From Pseudomonadota bacterium (GTDB lineage Bacteria; Pseudomonadota; Gammaproteobacteria; Pseudomonadales; Moraxellaceae), in assembly GCA_021804355.1 (NCBI GenBank), contig JAJZHP010000001.1, forward strand, positions 3,019 to 67,018: a DNA stretch of 64,000 nucleotides, given 5' to 3'. Shown here piece by piece: positions 8,888 to 17,572 of this stretch. Under the pieces are notes generated by a model that saw only the letters and a list, made by a program, of their open reading frames with translations, had not been told where the DNA came from and did no database searches. A program made the position numbers and the translations under genes. The stretch's first letter is position 1, and every line of letters starts with the position of its first letter.

Positions 8888-9592
8888 CTAGAAAGCAAGG
8901 CTGGCTCCTACCGTGATACTACCGATATTATTGACCCCGCTAACGGTTCCGCCCGCCAGAGGATGTGAGCTGGCGGTGGGCATACCGACATATTCATACA
9001 TGACATCAAACTGGGCAAAACTTCCACCTAAGCCTAGGCCTAATGCCCAGTAAGGTGCGGCGGCATCTTGAGTCTGGTTGAAGTTGCTGACTCCTGGGAT
9101 GCCCGTAATATTGGTTAAATACTGGGTTTTATCCGACACTAAGGCTACACCGGCCCTGCCAAGCAGAGAAATTCCACTCTGTGCCAAGGGCATTTCTGCG
9201 CTCAGGTTGAGCCTGGCAAAGTTGACAGAATTTTTCAGATTCTCTTGATTACCATTACTCCAGGTGGTTGTGCGCTGCCCGCCCCCTAAGACCCTGAATC
9301 CTGTTTCCAGTCCGTAATTGACAGGCCCCAGCGGCGTTTCAAGCTGGTTGAGTACATAACCCAACGAGGCACCAACGGCCAGATTTTGCTGGCTGTTGCT
9401 CGTCACCGGGTTAGTGCCTGCACCGTGGGCAGTAGCGAGGCTGGCTTCGCTAGCCCAGTTGGAATCACTGACAAAGTCCTGACCTTGACCAAGGTCGATA
9501 CCCACTGTGAAAGCACCCGGCAAGGCGGCATAAGATGTCGATACAAGCAGCAAAGTTAACCAAGGTAGAAATTTACAGGAGGCAGTATGCAT
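8888..9592 (-). CDS. Outer-membrane beta-barrel protein (small porin/OmpW-OmpA-like barrel)
   Basis: The signal peptide is FLPWLTLLLVSTSYAA. The sequence has alternating amphipathic strands and is Gly/aromatic rich. The terminal residue is Phe (GASLAF), typical of BAM substrates. The family was not identified. Confidence 0.55.
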   Translation of the reverse strand: MHTASCKFLPWLTLLLVSTSYAALPGAFTVGIDLGQGQDFVSDSNWASEASLATAHGAGTNPVTSNSQQNLAVGASLGYVLNQLETPLGPVNYGLETGFRVLGGGQRTTTWSNGNQENLKNSVNFARLNLSAEMPLAQSGISLLGRAGVALVSDKTQYLTNITGIPGVSNFNQTQDAAAPYWALGLGLGGSFAQFDVMYEYVGMPTASSHPLAGGTVSGVNNIGSITVGASLAF

Positions 9593-9716
9593 AGGTGTTT
9601 TCTCTCAAGTCTTTAGAACCGCCCTCATGCTGCCTAACTATATGTTCGCTGTCTAGTAGGATGACATCGCTCAGAGCGCATGCATGCAGTAGAATCTACC
9701 AAAAAGGGGGGGCAAC

Positions 9717-10703
9717 ATGCATATTTCGCACACGCATCAAGCTAGTCGGCTACAACTCAATGCCCAGGGTCATCTTCGCCATTTTCTTACCACCGAGGGC
9801 TTGTCGCGGGAATTGCTGACAGAGATTCTTGACCGTGCCGAATCATTTTTAATTCGTGATGGACGTGTACGCCATGAACCTGTGTTAGCGGGTTGTACGG
9901 TGATGAACCTGTTTTTTGAGGCGAGTACGCGCACCCGAACGACCTTTGAAGTGGCCGCCAAGCGCTTGTCAGCTGATGTGCTCAATATTGATATTTCAAC
10001 CTCATCGACCAGCAAGGGTGAAACGCTGCGTGACATGCTCTGGAATCTTCAGGCGATGACAGCAGATATTTTTGTCGTGCGCCATAATCGCTCTGGGGCT
10101 GCCCATTTTATCGCAGAACAGGTTACCCCTGGGGTGGCTGTCATCAATGCAGGAGATGGTCAGCATGCTCATCCTACCCAGGCCATGCTGGATATGCTGA
10201 CGATGCGACGGCATGCGGGCTCTATACATAACCTGAAAGTGGCCATCGTCGGTGACATAAAGCATTCACGAGTTGCCCGTGCTGAGATACATGCTTTACA
10301 GACCCTGGGAGCACGTGCCATTCATCTCATCGCACCACGTACACTGATGCCGGTTGGTTTGGATCAAATGGGGGTACAGATCTTTGATCGTATGGAGGAT
10401 GGCTTACGCGATGTCGATGTTATCGTGTGTCTGCGTATCCAGAATGAACGCATGGAATCAGCGCTGTTACCCTCCGCTGAAGAATTCTTTTCACTGTATG
10501 GATTAACGCCTGAACGTCTGCGTCTTGCCCGCCCAGGAGCCTTGGTCATGCATCCAGGCCCGATCAACCGCGGTGTAGAAATTGCCAGCAGTGTGGCTGA
10601 TGGATCGCAGTCCGTGATATTGCAACAGGTCAATTATGGTATCGCCGTGCGTATGGCGGTACTGTCCATGGCCATTCAGGGACAACGGGAGCAAAAACAG
10701 TGA
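9717..10703 (+). CDS. pyrB: Aspartate carbamoyltransferase catalytic subunit
   Basis: [21 protein letters not shown] and HPGPINRG are canonical ATCase motifs. Confidence 0.95.
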   Translation: MHISHTHQASRLQLNAQGHLRHFLTTEGLSRELLTEILDRAESFLIRDGRVRHEPVLAGCTVMNLFFEASTRTRTTFEVAAKRLSADVLNIDISTSSTSKGETLRDMLWNLQAMTADIFVVRHNRSGAAHFIAEQVTPGVAVINAGDGQHAHPTQAMLDMLTMRRHAGSIHNLKVAIVGDIKHSRVARAEIHALQTLGARAIHLIAPRTLMPVGLDQMGVQIFDRMEDGLRDVDVIVCLRIQNERMESALLPSAEEFFSLYGLTPERLRLARPGALVMHPGPINRGVEIASSVADGSQSVILQQVNYGIAVRMAVLSMAIQGQREQKQ

Positions 10704-11989
10704 CGATGGATATCTGGTTGTGCGGGGCGCGTCTGGAAACAGGTGATCGTGATACCCAAGGTAGGGATGTCGATGTCGGTATTAAGCAGGGAAAAATTGC
10801 GGCGCTGGGTACGATGCCTGCGGGTTCTCCTCATCTGGACTGTACGGGCTTGACCCTGGCTCCGGCGTTTACCGACCTGTCAGCGAGGTTGCGAGAACCT
10901 GGCGATAGAGAGCATGGCAGTATGATGACCGAGACGGCAGCAGCTCTGGCTGGGGGATTTGTCCAACTGGTGGTGCCTCCTGATACTCGGCCTGTGATGG
11001 ATGCACCCGCTATCGTTGCCTTGGTGCTGGAGCGAGCGGCAGTAGCCAGCAAGGTCAGAGTCTTCCCGCTGGGGGCTTTGACCCGGGGGCTGGATGGAAA
11101 ATCCCTGGCCAATATGGCCGCCCTCAAAGCGGCGGGATGTATCGCGGTCAGTCAGGCTCGTCGACCTATGGCATCAGCTGAGACGTTGTTACGTTGTTTG
11201 GAGTATGCCGCAGGTCAGGGTCTTAAAGTCTTTTTTTCTCCAGAAGACGCGTCGTTAGCGCAGGGCTGTGTGCATGAAGGGTTCATGGCCTCTCGCTTAG
11301 GGCTGCCAGGTATACCCAGCAGTGCGGAAACAGTCGCCATGGCTACCCAGCTTTTGTTGGTAGCACAGACAGGCATTCACGCCCATTTTGGACAACTGTC
11401 TACGGCAGGAAGTGTCATGTTATTGCGTTGGGCTCGCAGTCAGGGCTTGCCCGTTACCGCTGATGTTTCCATGCATCAACTGCATTTGACCGATGAATCG
11501 ATTGATGGTTTTAATGCCATGGCGCATGTGCGCCCTCCCCTACGTTCCGAGACTGACCGGCAAGCATTGCTAGAAGGAATTCGTGAAGGCACGATTGATG
11601 CCATTTGCTCTGATCATCAGCCTCTGGATGCCAGTGCCAAATTAGCCCCGTTCGCATCTACCATCCCGGGCATATCGACTCTGGAAACCATGTTGGGCCT
11701 GGGTTTGCGCCTGGTCCGTTCAGGTGAGCTAAGTCGAACCCGTTTGGTGGACGCCTTGGCCCGAGCACCGCGTCGGGTACTGGGGCAGGCTATGCCTTCA
11801 TTACAGGTAGGTGATGTTGCGGACTTGGTGGCGTTTGACGAGAACCTGGGGTGGCAGGTCATGCCTGAACAGCTGCGCTCCCATGGTCACAATACCCCAT
11901 TCTTGGGACAAACCTTGCAGGGTAAGGTGACCCAGGTATGGGTAGAGGGACAACCTCAGATCAGGGGAGGTCCTGGGCTTGCAGTTTGA
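10700..11989 (+). CDS. pyrC': Dihydroorotase-like protein, probably the non-catalytic PyrC' partner of ATCase
   Basis: Amidohydrolase/DHOase-like fold, translationally coupled to pyrB (GTGA). At the position of the class I DHOase metal-binding HxH (D-x-H-x-H-LREPG), this protein reads [10 protein letters not shown] and has no His. Confidence 0.75.
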   Translation: MTMDIWLCGARLETGDRDTQGRDVDVGIKQGKIAALGTMPAGSPHLDCTGLTLAPAFTDLSARLREPGDREHGSMMTETAAALAGGFVQLVVPPDTRPVMDAPAIVALVLERAAVASKVRVFPLGALTRGLDGKSLANMAALKAAGCIAVSQARRPMASAETLLRCLEYAAGQGLKVFFSPEDASLAQGCVHEGFMASRLGLPGIPSSAETVAMATQLLLVAQTGIHAHFGQLSTAGSVMLLRWARSQGLPVTADVSMHQLHLTDESIDGFNAMAHVRPPLRSETDRQALLEGIREGTIDAICSDHQPLDASAKLAPFASTIPGISTLETMLGLGLRLVRSGELSRTRLVDALARAPRRVLGQAMPSLQVGDVADLVAFDENLGWQVMPEQLRSHGHNTPFLGQTLQGKVTQVWVEGQPQIRGGPGLAV

Positions 11990-12821
11990 AGTTACGGGGA
12001 TTGAATCCCAGCGTTGATGTGGCTTCATCATGGGAAAAGGTCAGGTCCTGCATCATGCGATCTGCCATGGCAGGGTTGTACAAACGGTAGGCGGGGAGCC
12101 ATCGCAAGATACGGATGGCAAAACGCAGTAAATATGTGGGGACAGGAATAATCCAGCCCCTGATCCCCGTGTCTTTTATGATGCGCTGAACCATCGCCTG
12201 ATAGGTTAAGGTTTCCCCGCCTGACAGGTTGAAGGCTTGATGTCCTGATGGAGGCCGTTCAGCAGCGGCCAAGCATGCTTGAGCGACATCATCGGCATGC
12301 ACGGGTTGACGTAAACCTGGACCGCCTCCGACGATGGGGAAGGCATGAAAGCGCCTGAGTACACGAATAATGGTGGCAATATTCTGATCGCGTCCATGTC
12401 CATAGATCAGCGTAGGCCGTAAAATGGTGGTGCTAACGGCATGGGCTGTTCCCCAATGCTCTAACCTCTCTTCAGCCTCAGCCAAGTCCTGAGCCCAGCG
12501 CCGGTCACCGTGGTCTAATGAATTTATTTTGGTGTAACGGCTGGTTGATGAGAGAGCAACCACCTGAGTAACCCCCAAGGCTTGCATCAGGGGAAAGTAC
12601 ATGGGAAGACAGGGTAAAGGAGCCAGGCTGATCCAGCATGGCAATGCAGCAGGGTAACCCTGAGTCACCCCTAGGGCATGCCAAGTACAGCCATCATCAG
12701 AGGCATGTGATTTTCTCGACCAGGCATGTACTTCAAAACCTGCAGTCTTTAACTGGCGCAACAAACTAACGCCAACCAGGCTATCAGCTCCCAGTACACC
12801 CACAGAGCCTTTGGTGGCCAT
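11961..12821 (-). CDS. NAD-dependent epimerase/dehydratase family (extended SDR) protein
   Basis: The start was chosen at ATG 12821 (MATKGSVGVLGADSLVG, a Rossmann Gly-rich loop). The ORF track extends to 12878. No specific family was recognised. Confidence 0.6.
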   Translation of the reverse strand: MATKGSVGVLGADSLVGVSLLRQLKTAGFEVHAWSRKSHASDDGCTWHALGVTQGYPAALPCWISLAPLPCLPMYFPLMQALGVTQVVALSSTSRYTKINSLDHGDRRWAQDLAEAEERLEHWGTAHAVSTTILRPTLIYGHGRDQNIATIIRVLRRFHAFPIVGGGPGLRQPVHADDVAQACLAAAERPPSGHQAFNLSGGETLTYQAMVQRIIKDTGIRGWIIPVPTYLLRFAIRILRWLPAYRLYNPAMADRMMQDLTFSHDEATSTLGFNPRNFKLQAQDLP

Positions 12822-12877
12822 ACCCAATACCCTGCTAACAAGATTAACCGCCATCATAACATGAGAGGCAGCGATCA

Positions 12878-13999
12878 CTAATCAGCAGATTGCAGGGTGA
12901 GGCCACGTGTTGCCTGATCAAGGAAGCGTGCATCTGTTTCCGATCCCAGTTTGATCATCAAACGTAAATCGTTGGGAGCATCTGCATGTTTGAGAGCGTC
13001 CTCATAGGTAATTTCGCCAGCGGTGTAAAGGGTGTATAAGGCTTGGTCAAAGGTTTGCATGCCTAACTCACGCGATTTTTTCATCAGCTCTTTGAGCAGA
13101 TGTACTTCTCCTTTGCGGATGTGATCAGACACTAACGGCGTGTTAAGCAAGACCTCAATACAGGCGCGACGGGCTTTGCCATCAGGCGTAGGGATAAGTT
13201 GTTGTGCCACAATGCCACGCAGGTTGAGAGAAAGATCCATAAGCAGCTGCGTGTGGCGGTCAGCAGGGAAAAAGTGAATGATGCGATCCAAAGCTTGGTT
13301 GGCGTTATTGGCATGCAGGGTTGCCAGAACCAGGTGGCCGGTTTCCGCAAAGGCGATGGCATAGTCCATGACTTCTCGGGTTCTGATCTCGCCGATAAGG
13401 ATGACATCAGGAGCCTGGCGCAGCGTATTTTTCAGGGCCACTTCGAAGTTTTCTGTATCGATGCCCACCTCTCGCTGGGTCACGATACAACTGGCGTGCT
13501 GGTGGATAAACTCGATGGGGTCCTCAATGGTGATGATATGGCCACGGGAGTTATGGTTGCGATGTCCAATCATGGAAGCCAGCGAGGTCGATTTGCCGGT
13601 TCCCGTAGCTCCGACAAATACGACAATACCTCGTTTACCCATGGCTAATTCCTTGATGACCTCAGGTAACTTAAGTTCATCAATAGAGGGGATATTGGTT
13701 TCAATACGACGCAGTACCATACCGACCAAGTTACGCTGATAATAGGCACTGACGCGGAATCGGCCTATACCGCGGGCCGAGATGGCAAAGTTACATTCCT
13801 TGAACTGTGCAAACTCTTTACGCTGTGCTTCGGTCATGACGCCTAATACCACCTCTCGTGTCATGTCCGGTGTCAGTGGTGTGCGCGTGATGGGCATCAC
13901 CTGCCCGTTGAGCTTAATGGAAGGAGGAACCCCGGCAGTGATAAACATGTCCGAGCCTCCTTTCTGCACCATGATTTTCAACAAGTCTTCAAATTCCAT
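12878..13999 (-). CDS. pilU: Type IV pilus retraction ATPase PilU
   Basis: MEFEDLLKIMVQKGGSDMFITAGVPPSIKLNG...CNFAISARGIGRFRVSAYYQRN. The Walker A is GATGTGKST. It is collinear with PilU as I recall it and lies immediately downstream of pilT. Confidence 0.88.
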   Translation of the reverse strand: MEFEDLLKIMVQKGGSDMFITAGVPPSIKLNGQVMPITRTPLTPDMTREVVLGVMTEAQRKEFAQFKECNFAISARGIGRFRVSAYYQRNLVGMVLRRIETNIPSIDELKLPEVIKELAMGKRGIVVFVGATGTGKSTSLASMIGHRNHNSRGHIITIEDPIEFIHQHASCIVTQREVGIDTENFEVALKNTLRQAPDVILIGEIRTREVMDYAIAFAETGHLVLATLHANNANQALDRIIHFFPADRHTQLLMDLSLNLRGIVAQQLIPTPDGKARRACIEVLLNTPLVSDHIRKGEVHLLKELMKKSRELGMQTFDQALYTLYTAGEITYEDALKHADAPNDLRLMIKLGSETDARFLDQATRGLTLQSAD

Positions 14000-14011
14000 G
14001 GTACGTATTCC

Positions 14012-15046
14012 TCAAATAGAGTCGGGAGTTTTGGCAGCTTCTCGCGCCACTGCCTGGGTGATTAAGCCTTTTTGTACCAGATTTCTCAGACATTGATCCA
14101 GCGTCTGCATGCCATAGCCAGCCCCTGTTTGAATAGCTGAATACATCTGGGCTACCTTGTTTTCACGGATGAGGTTTCTGATGGCTGGTGTACCCACCAT
14201 GATTTCATGGGCAGCGATACGGCCTCCACCATTCTTCTTTAACAAGGTTTGGGAAACAACCGCCTGCAACGACTCAGAAAGCATGGAACGCACCATTTCC
14301 TTTTCTTCTGCAGGGAAAACATCAACCACGCGGTCTATGGTTTTGGCCGCCGAGGTCGTATGTAAGGTACCAAATACCAAGTGTCCGGTCTCAGCCGCTG
14401 TCAGTGCTAAACGTATGGTTTCCAGGTCTCGCATTTCACCGACCAGGATGATGTCCGGGTCTTCACGCAGCGCAGAGCGCAGGGCTTCAGAAAAGCCCAG
14501 AGTATCGCGGTGAACTTCACGCTGGTTCAGCAGGCATTTTTTCGATTCATGTACAAATTCAATAGGATCTTCGATGGTCAGGATATGTTCATAGCGCGTC
14601 GCATTAATATAGTCGAGCATGGCAGCCAGAGTTGTAGATTTGCCAGAACCGGTGGGGCCCGTCACCAGAACAATGCCTCGCGGGAAATCAGAGATGTCCT
14701 GAAATACCTTGCCCATACCCAAATCTTCCATGGTCAATACCTTGGACGGAATGGTACGAAAGACAGCCCCGGCGCCCCGATTTTGGTTAAAGGCATTGAC
14801 ACGGAATCGAGCTACACCAGGAACTTCAAACGAAAAGTCAGTCTCAAGGAACTCTTCGTAATCTTTTCGCTGCTTGTCATTCATAATGTCGTAAATAAGG
14901 CGATGCACCTCCTTATGCTCCATGGCCGGCAGATTAATGCGCCTCACATCGCCGTCGACACGAATCATGGGGGGAAGTCCAGCACTCAGGTGCAGGTCAG
15001 AAGCACCATTCTTGGCGCTGAAGGCAAGCAGTTCGGTAATATCCAT
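14012..15046 (-). CDS. pilT: Type IV pilus twitching motility ATPase PilT
   Basis: From ATG 15046 the 344-aa protein begins MDITELLAFSAKNGASDLHLSAGLPPMIRVDG. The Walker A is GPTGSGKST, and the AIRNLIRE motif is present. The ORF-track start at 15202 is an upstream extension. Confidence 0.93.
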   Translation of the reverse strand: MDITELLAFSAKNGASDLHLSAGLPPMIRVDGDVRRINLPAMEHKEVHRLIYDIMNDKQRKDYEEFLETDFSFEVPGVARFRVNAFNQNRGAGAVFRTIPSKVLTMEDLGMGKVFQDISDFPRGIVLVTGPTGSGKSTTLAAMLDYINATRYEHILTIEDPIEFVHESKKCLLNQREVHRDTLGFSEALRSALREDPDIILVGEMRDLETIRLALTAAETGHLVFGTLHTTSAAKTIDRVVDVFPAEEKEMVRSMLSESLQAVVSQTLLKKNGGGRIAAHEIMVGTPAIRNLIRENKVAQMYSAIQTGAGYGMQTLDQCLRNLVQKGLITQAVAREAAKTPDSI

Positions 15047-15128
15047 GGAGTCCTCTTGTCGACAAACGTGTACTTTAAGAATATAGCAGGATGGACTGGC
15101 TTGCGGACAATTCTGAAGAGGAGGATTT

Positions 15129-15803
15129 ATGTCAGCATTAAGTTTGGCTGAACGTTTCGAAGCAGTAGGCCAACGTTTGCGGCAGGCGGAAAGTTTAGCC
15201 AACCGTGCTGTGGGTTCCGCATCCTTGCTGGCCGTCTCTAAACGGCAGCCTTCCTCACATCTACGAGCCCTGCATGACCTAGGTCAGCGTGATTTTGGCG
15301 AAAACTATCTTCAGGAAGCCCAGGTCAAAATCATGGAATTAAAGGATCTTGATCTGATTTGGCACTTTATCGGACCGTTGCAACGTAATAAAACAGCCGA
15401 GGTGGCTGCTCTGTTCAGCTGGGTGCATTCGGTTGATCGGCTGGTGATAGCAGAACGGCTATCGAATCAACGGCCTCATGCGATGGAGCCTCTTAATATC
15501 TGCTTGCAGGTTAATCTTGAGGGTGAAGTCAGTAAATCGGGTTGTACTCCCGAGATGTTACCTGAACTTGCTTATGCGGTGGCGCAATTACCTCGTTTGC
15601 GTTTACGTGGCCTGATGGCTTTGCCTGCACCAGGATCCGTCACGGCCTTTACGCAACTGGCTGATATGTTGAGGCATTTGCAAAGTGAATTACCTGAATT
15701 GGATACCTTGTCGATGGGAATGTCAGCAGATCTGGAGCCAGCGGTTGCGGCAGGTGCAACCTGGGTCAGGATAGGAACAGCACTCTTTGGTCACCGCAAC
15801 TGA
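15129..15803 (+). CDS. yggS: PLP-binding homeostasis protein YggS
   Basis: LLAVSKRQP (the PLP lysine), WHFIGPLQRNK and LSMGMSADL are present. A GAGGAGGA RBS precedes it. Divergent from pilT. Confidence 0.9.
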   Translation: MSALSLAERFEAVGQRLRQAESLANRAVGSASLLAVSKRQPSSHLRALHDLGQRDFGENYLQEAQVKIMELKDLDLIWHFIGPLQRNKTAEVAALFSWVHSVDRLVIAERLSNQRPHAMEPLNICLQVNLEGEVSKSGCTPEMLPELAYAVAQLPRLRLRGLMALPAPGSVTAFTQLADMLRHLQSELPELDTLSMGMSADLEPAVAAGATWVRIGTALFGHRN

Positions 15804-15858
15804 TCTGCTTCTTGCTATCATGCAGACTTAGGGGCTTGGTTATGTTCAGGAAGGGTGT

Positions 15859-16686
15859 ATGAGTTATTGCGTAGGTTTTATCGGTGCAGGGAACATGGCT
15901 ACGGCGCTTGCCGGGGGGTTACTGGCTCATAATTTTTCACCTGAGCGGTTGGCCATGTCTGATCCAAGGCCCCAGGCTCTGGAGGAACATGCCGCCAAGG
16001 GCATATTTACCACGCATGATAATATTGAGTTGGTTCGACGCTCTGATGTCGTTGTTCTGGCGGTCAAGCCCCAGGTAGTTACCGAGGTTCTGATCCCCTT
16101 GCGTGCTATCTGGCAAGAGCGTCAACCTCTGCTGTTATCGATTGCCGCAGGTATTACCCTGTCTGGGTTGCAAAATTTGCTAGGGGGGCACCTGGCCATG
16201 GTTCGGGCCATGCCTAACACGCCGGCTTTGGTGCAGTGTGGTGCCAGCGGTTATTTTTGTAGTGACGCGGTGCAGGAGGCACAGCGCCGTCAGGCTCATG
16301 AAATCCTGGCTGCCGTTGGAGTGGCGCTAAGAGTGGAGCAGGAAGAGCTGATGGATGCGGTGACGGCCTTGTCAGGTTCAGGTCCTGCTTACTGTTTTTT
16401 GGTCATGGAGGCTATGCAAGCTGCGGGTATGGCTTTGGGGCTTGATGAGCGTACGGCACGTGCGCTGACCCTGCAAACGGCATTGGGAGCTGCCCAGATG
16501 GCAGTGACGTCTGCCGTTGGTGTTGATGAATTACGTCGCCGCGTGACTTCGCCAGGAGGAACCACCGAGGCAGCATTGGCCGTTATGAACGGAAAAGGAC
16601 TCAAGGATATATTTGCACAAGCCATGCAGGCAGCCTGTTCACGGGCTACAGAGCTGGGTGAGATGCTTCAAGGGAGCCAGGTATGA
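15859..16686 (+). CDS. proC: Pyrroline-5-carboxylate reductase
   Basis: GFIGAGNMA is the NADP loop. LAVKPQ and SPGGTTEAAL are P5CR signatures. Confidence 0.93.
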   Translation: MSYCVGFIGAGNMATALAGGLLAHNFSPERLAMSDPRPQALEEHAAKGIFTTHDNIELVRRSDVVVLAVKPQVVTEVLIPLRAIWQERQPLLLSIAAGITLSGLQNLLGGHLAMVRAMPNTPALVQCGASGYFCSDAVQEAQRRQAHEILAAVGVALRVEQEELMDAVTALSGSGPAYCFLVMEAMQAAGMALGLDERTARALTLQTALGAAQMAVTSAVGVDELRRRVTSPGGTTEAALAVMNGKGLKDIFAQAMQAACSRATELGEMLQGSQV

Positions 16687-17261
16687 ATGCTTTGCAGGAT
16701 GTAAGTCATCTTCTGGTGTCCAGTTTGGCTGGCTTTTACTTAGGCTTGCTTTGGTTACGATTTTTGCTGCAGTTTTTGCATGCTGACTTTTACAATCCAG
16801 TTTCGCAGTTTGTGGAGCGCTGGACTCGTGTCCCTTTACGCCCCTTGCGGCGACTCTTGCCAGCGACCGGACGCGTCGATCTAGCGGCACTTTTGCTGAT
16901 TTTATTGATAAAACTTCTTGAGCTTAGTTTGTATGCAGCGGTGGAAGCCCATACCCTCTTGCCTGCGCCACAATTGATTTTCCTGGCGATTTTTGCACTG
17001 CTCTCGCAACTGTTGTACTTTTATCAGGGTGCGGTGATTTTATTGATGATTATGTCCTGGGTCGTTGCAGCAGGGGGTTATCATGCCGTCTATGCTCTAT
17101 TAGCGGAAATTACGGAGCCCTTGTGTGCTCCGGCGCGCCGCATCATTCCGCCTATGGGTGGATTGGATTTATCGATCATGTTGGTTTTTTTGGGTATACA
17201 GATAGCTGAAGTCTTGTTGCAACACTTGGGCAACTTATTGGGTGCAGCGTTGGGCCTGTGA
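16683..17261 (+). CDS. yggT: YggT family membrane protein
   Basis: 192-aa multi-TM protein with two YGGT-like repeats. It overlaps the proC stop (ATGA) and sits in the conserved proC-yggT position. Confidence 0.8.
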   Translation: MNALQDVSHLLVSSLAGFYLGLLWLRFLLQFLHADFYNPVSQFVERWTRVPLRPLRRLLPATGRVDLAALLLILLIKLLELSLYAAVEAHTLLPAPQLIFLAIFALLSQLLYFYQGAVILLMIMSWVVAAGGYHAVYALLAEITEPLCAPARRIIPPMGGLDLSIMLVFLGIQIAEVLLQHLGNLLGAALGL

Positions 17262-17554
17262 ATGCTAAAGAGCCATGCCGACGCGTCGGAGAAGGTATTG
17301 AACTGACTTGCCATGTTCAGCCTGGGGCACGTAGCAGCGGCTTTGCAGGTAGGCATGGAGATGCCATCAAGTTGCGTATAGCTGCGGTGGCTGTGGATGG
17401 AAAAGCAAATTTGTCATGCCAGGAGTTTCTGGCTGAATCATTTGGGGTAGCTAAGTCTGAGGTTGTGTTACTTCAGGGTGCTGTATCCCGGCACAAGCGA
17501 TGGTGGATCAAACGTATCGGAAGATGGCCACCAGAACTGCAGGGATTGCTGTAA
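17258..17554 (+). CDS. yggU: DUF167 (YggU) family protein
   Basis: 98 aa. VQPGARSSGFAG...IKLRIAAVAVDGKANLSCQEFLAESFGVAKSEV matches the YggU pattern. The GTG start overlaps the yggT stop. Confidence 0.75.
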   Translation: MNAKEPCRRVGEGIELTCHVQPGARSSGFAGRHGDAIKLRIAAVAVDGKANLSCQEFLAESFGVAKSEVVLLQGAVSRHKRWWIKRIGRWPPELQGLL

Positions 17555-17572
17555 CTGTCAATGAGGTGGTAG

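Noticed and set aside
13199-13739. 149-aa and 123-aa plus-strand ORFs inside pilU
   Set aside because: These are antisense shadow frames of a well-supported gene, with no motifs or RBS.
14157-15151. 118-aa and 213-aa plus-strand ORFs overlapping pilT
   Set aside because: These are antisense shadows of pilT, whose Walker motifs and full-length collinearity are unambiguous. They have no independent coding evidence.
15047-15202. N-terminal extensions offered by the ORF track. Examples: pilT to 15202, DUF423 to 24756, gshB to 5968, nuoB to 40123, ftsE to 27249, xthA to 5388, rsmD to 31033, metX to 19551
   Set aside because: The extensions overlap upstream genes or begin at rare starts. They also add residues absent from the conserved N-termini of the families. 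Internal ATGs that match the family N-termini were used instead.
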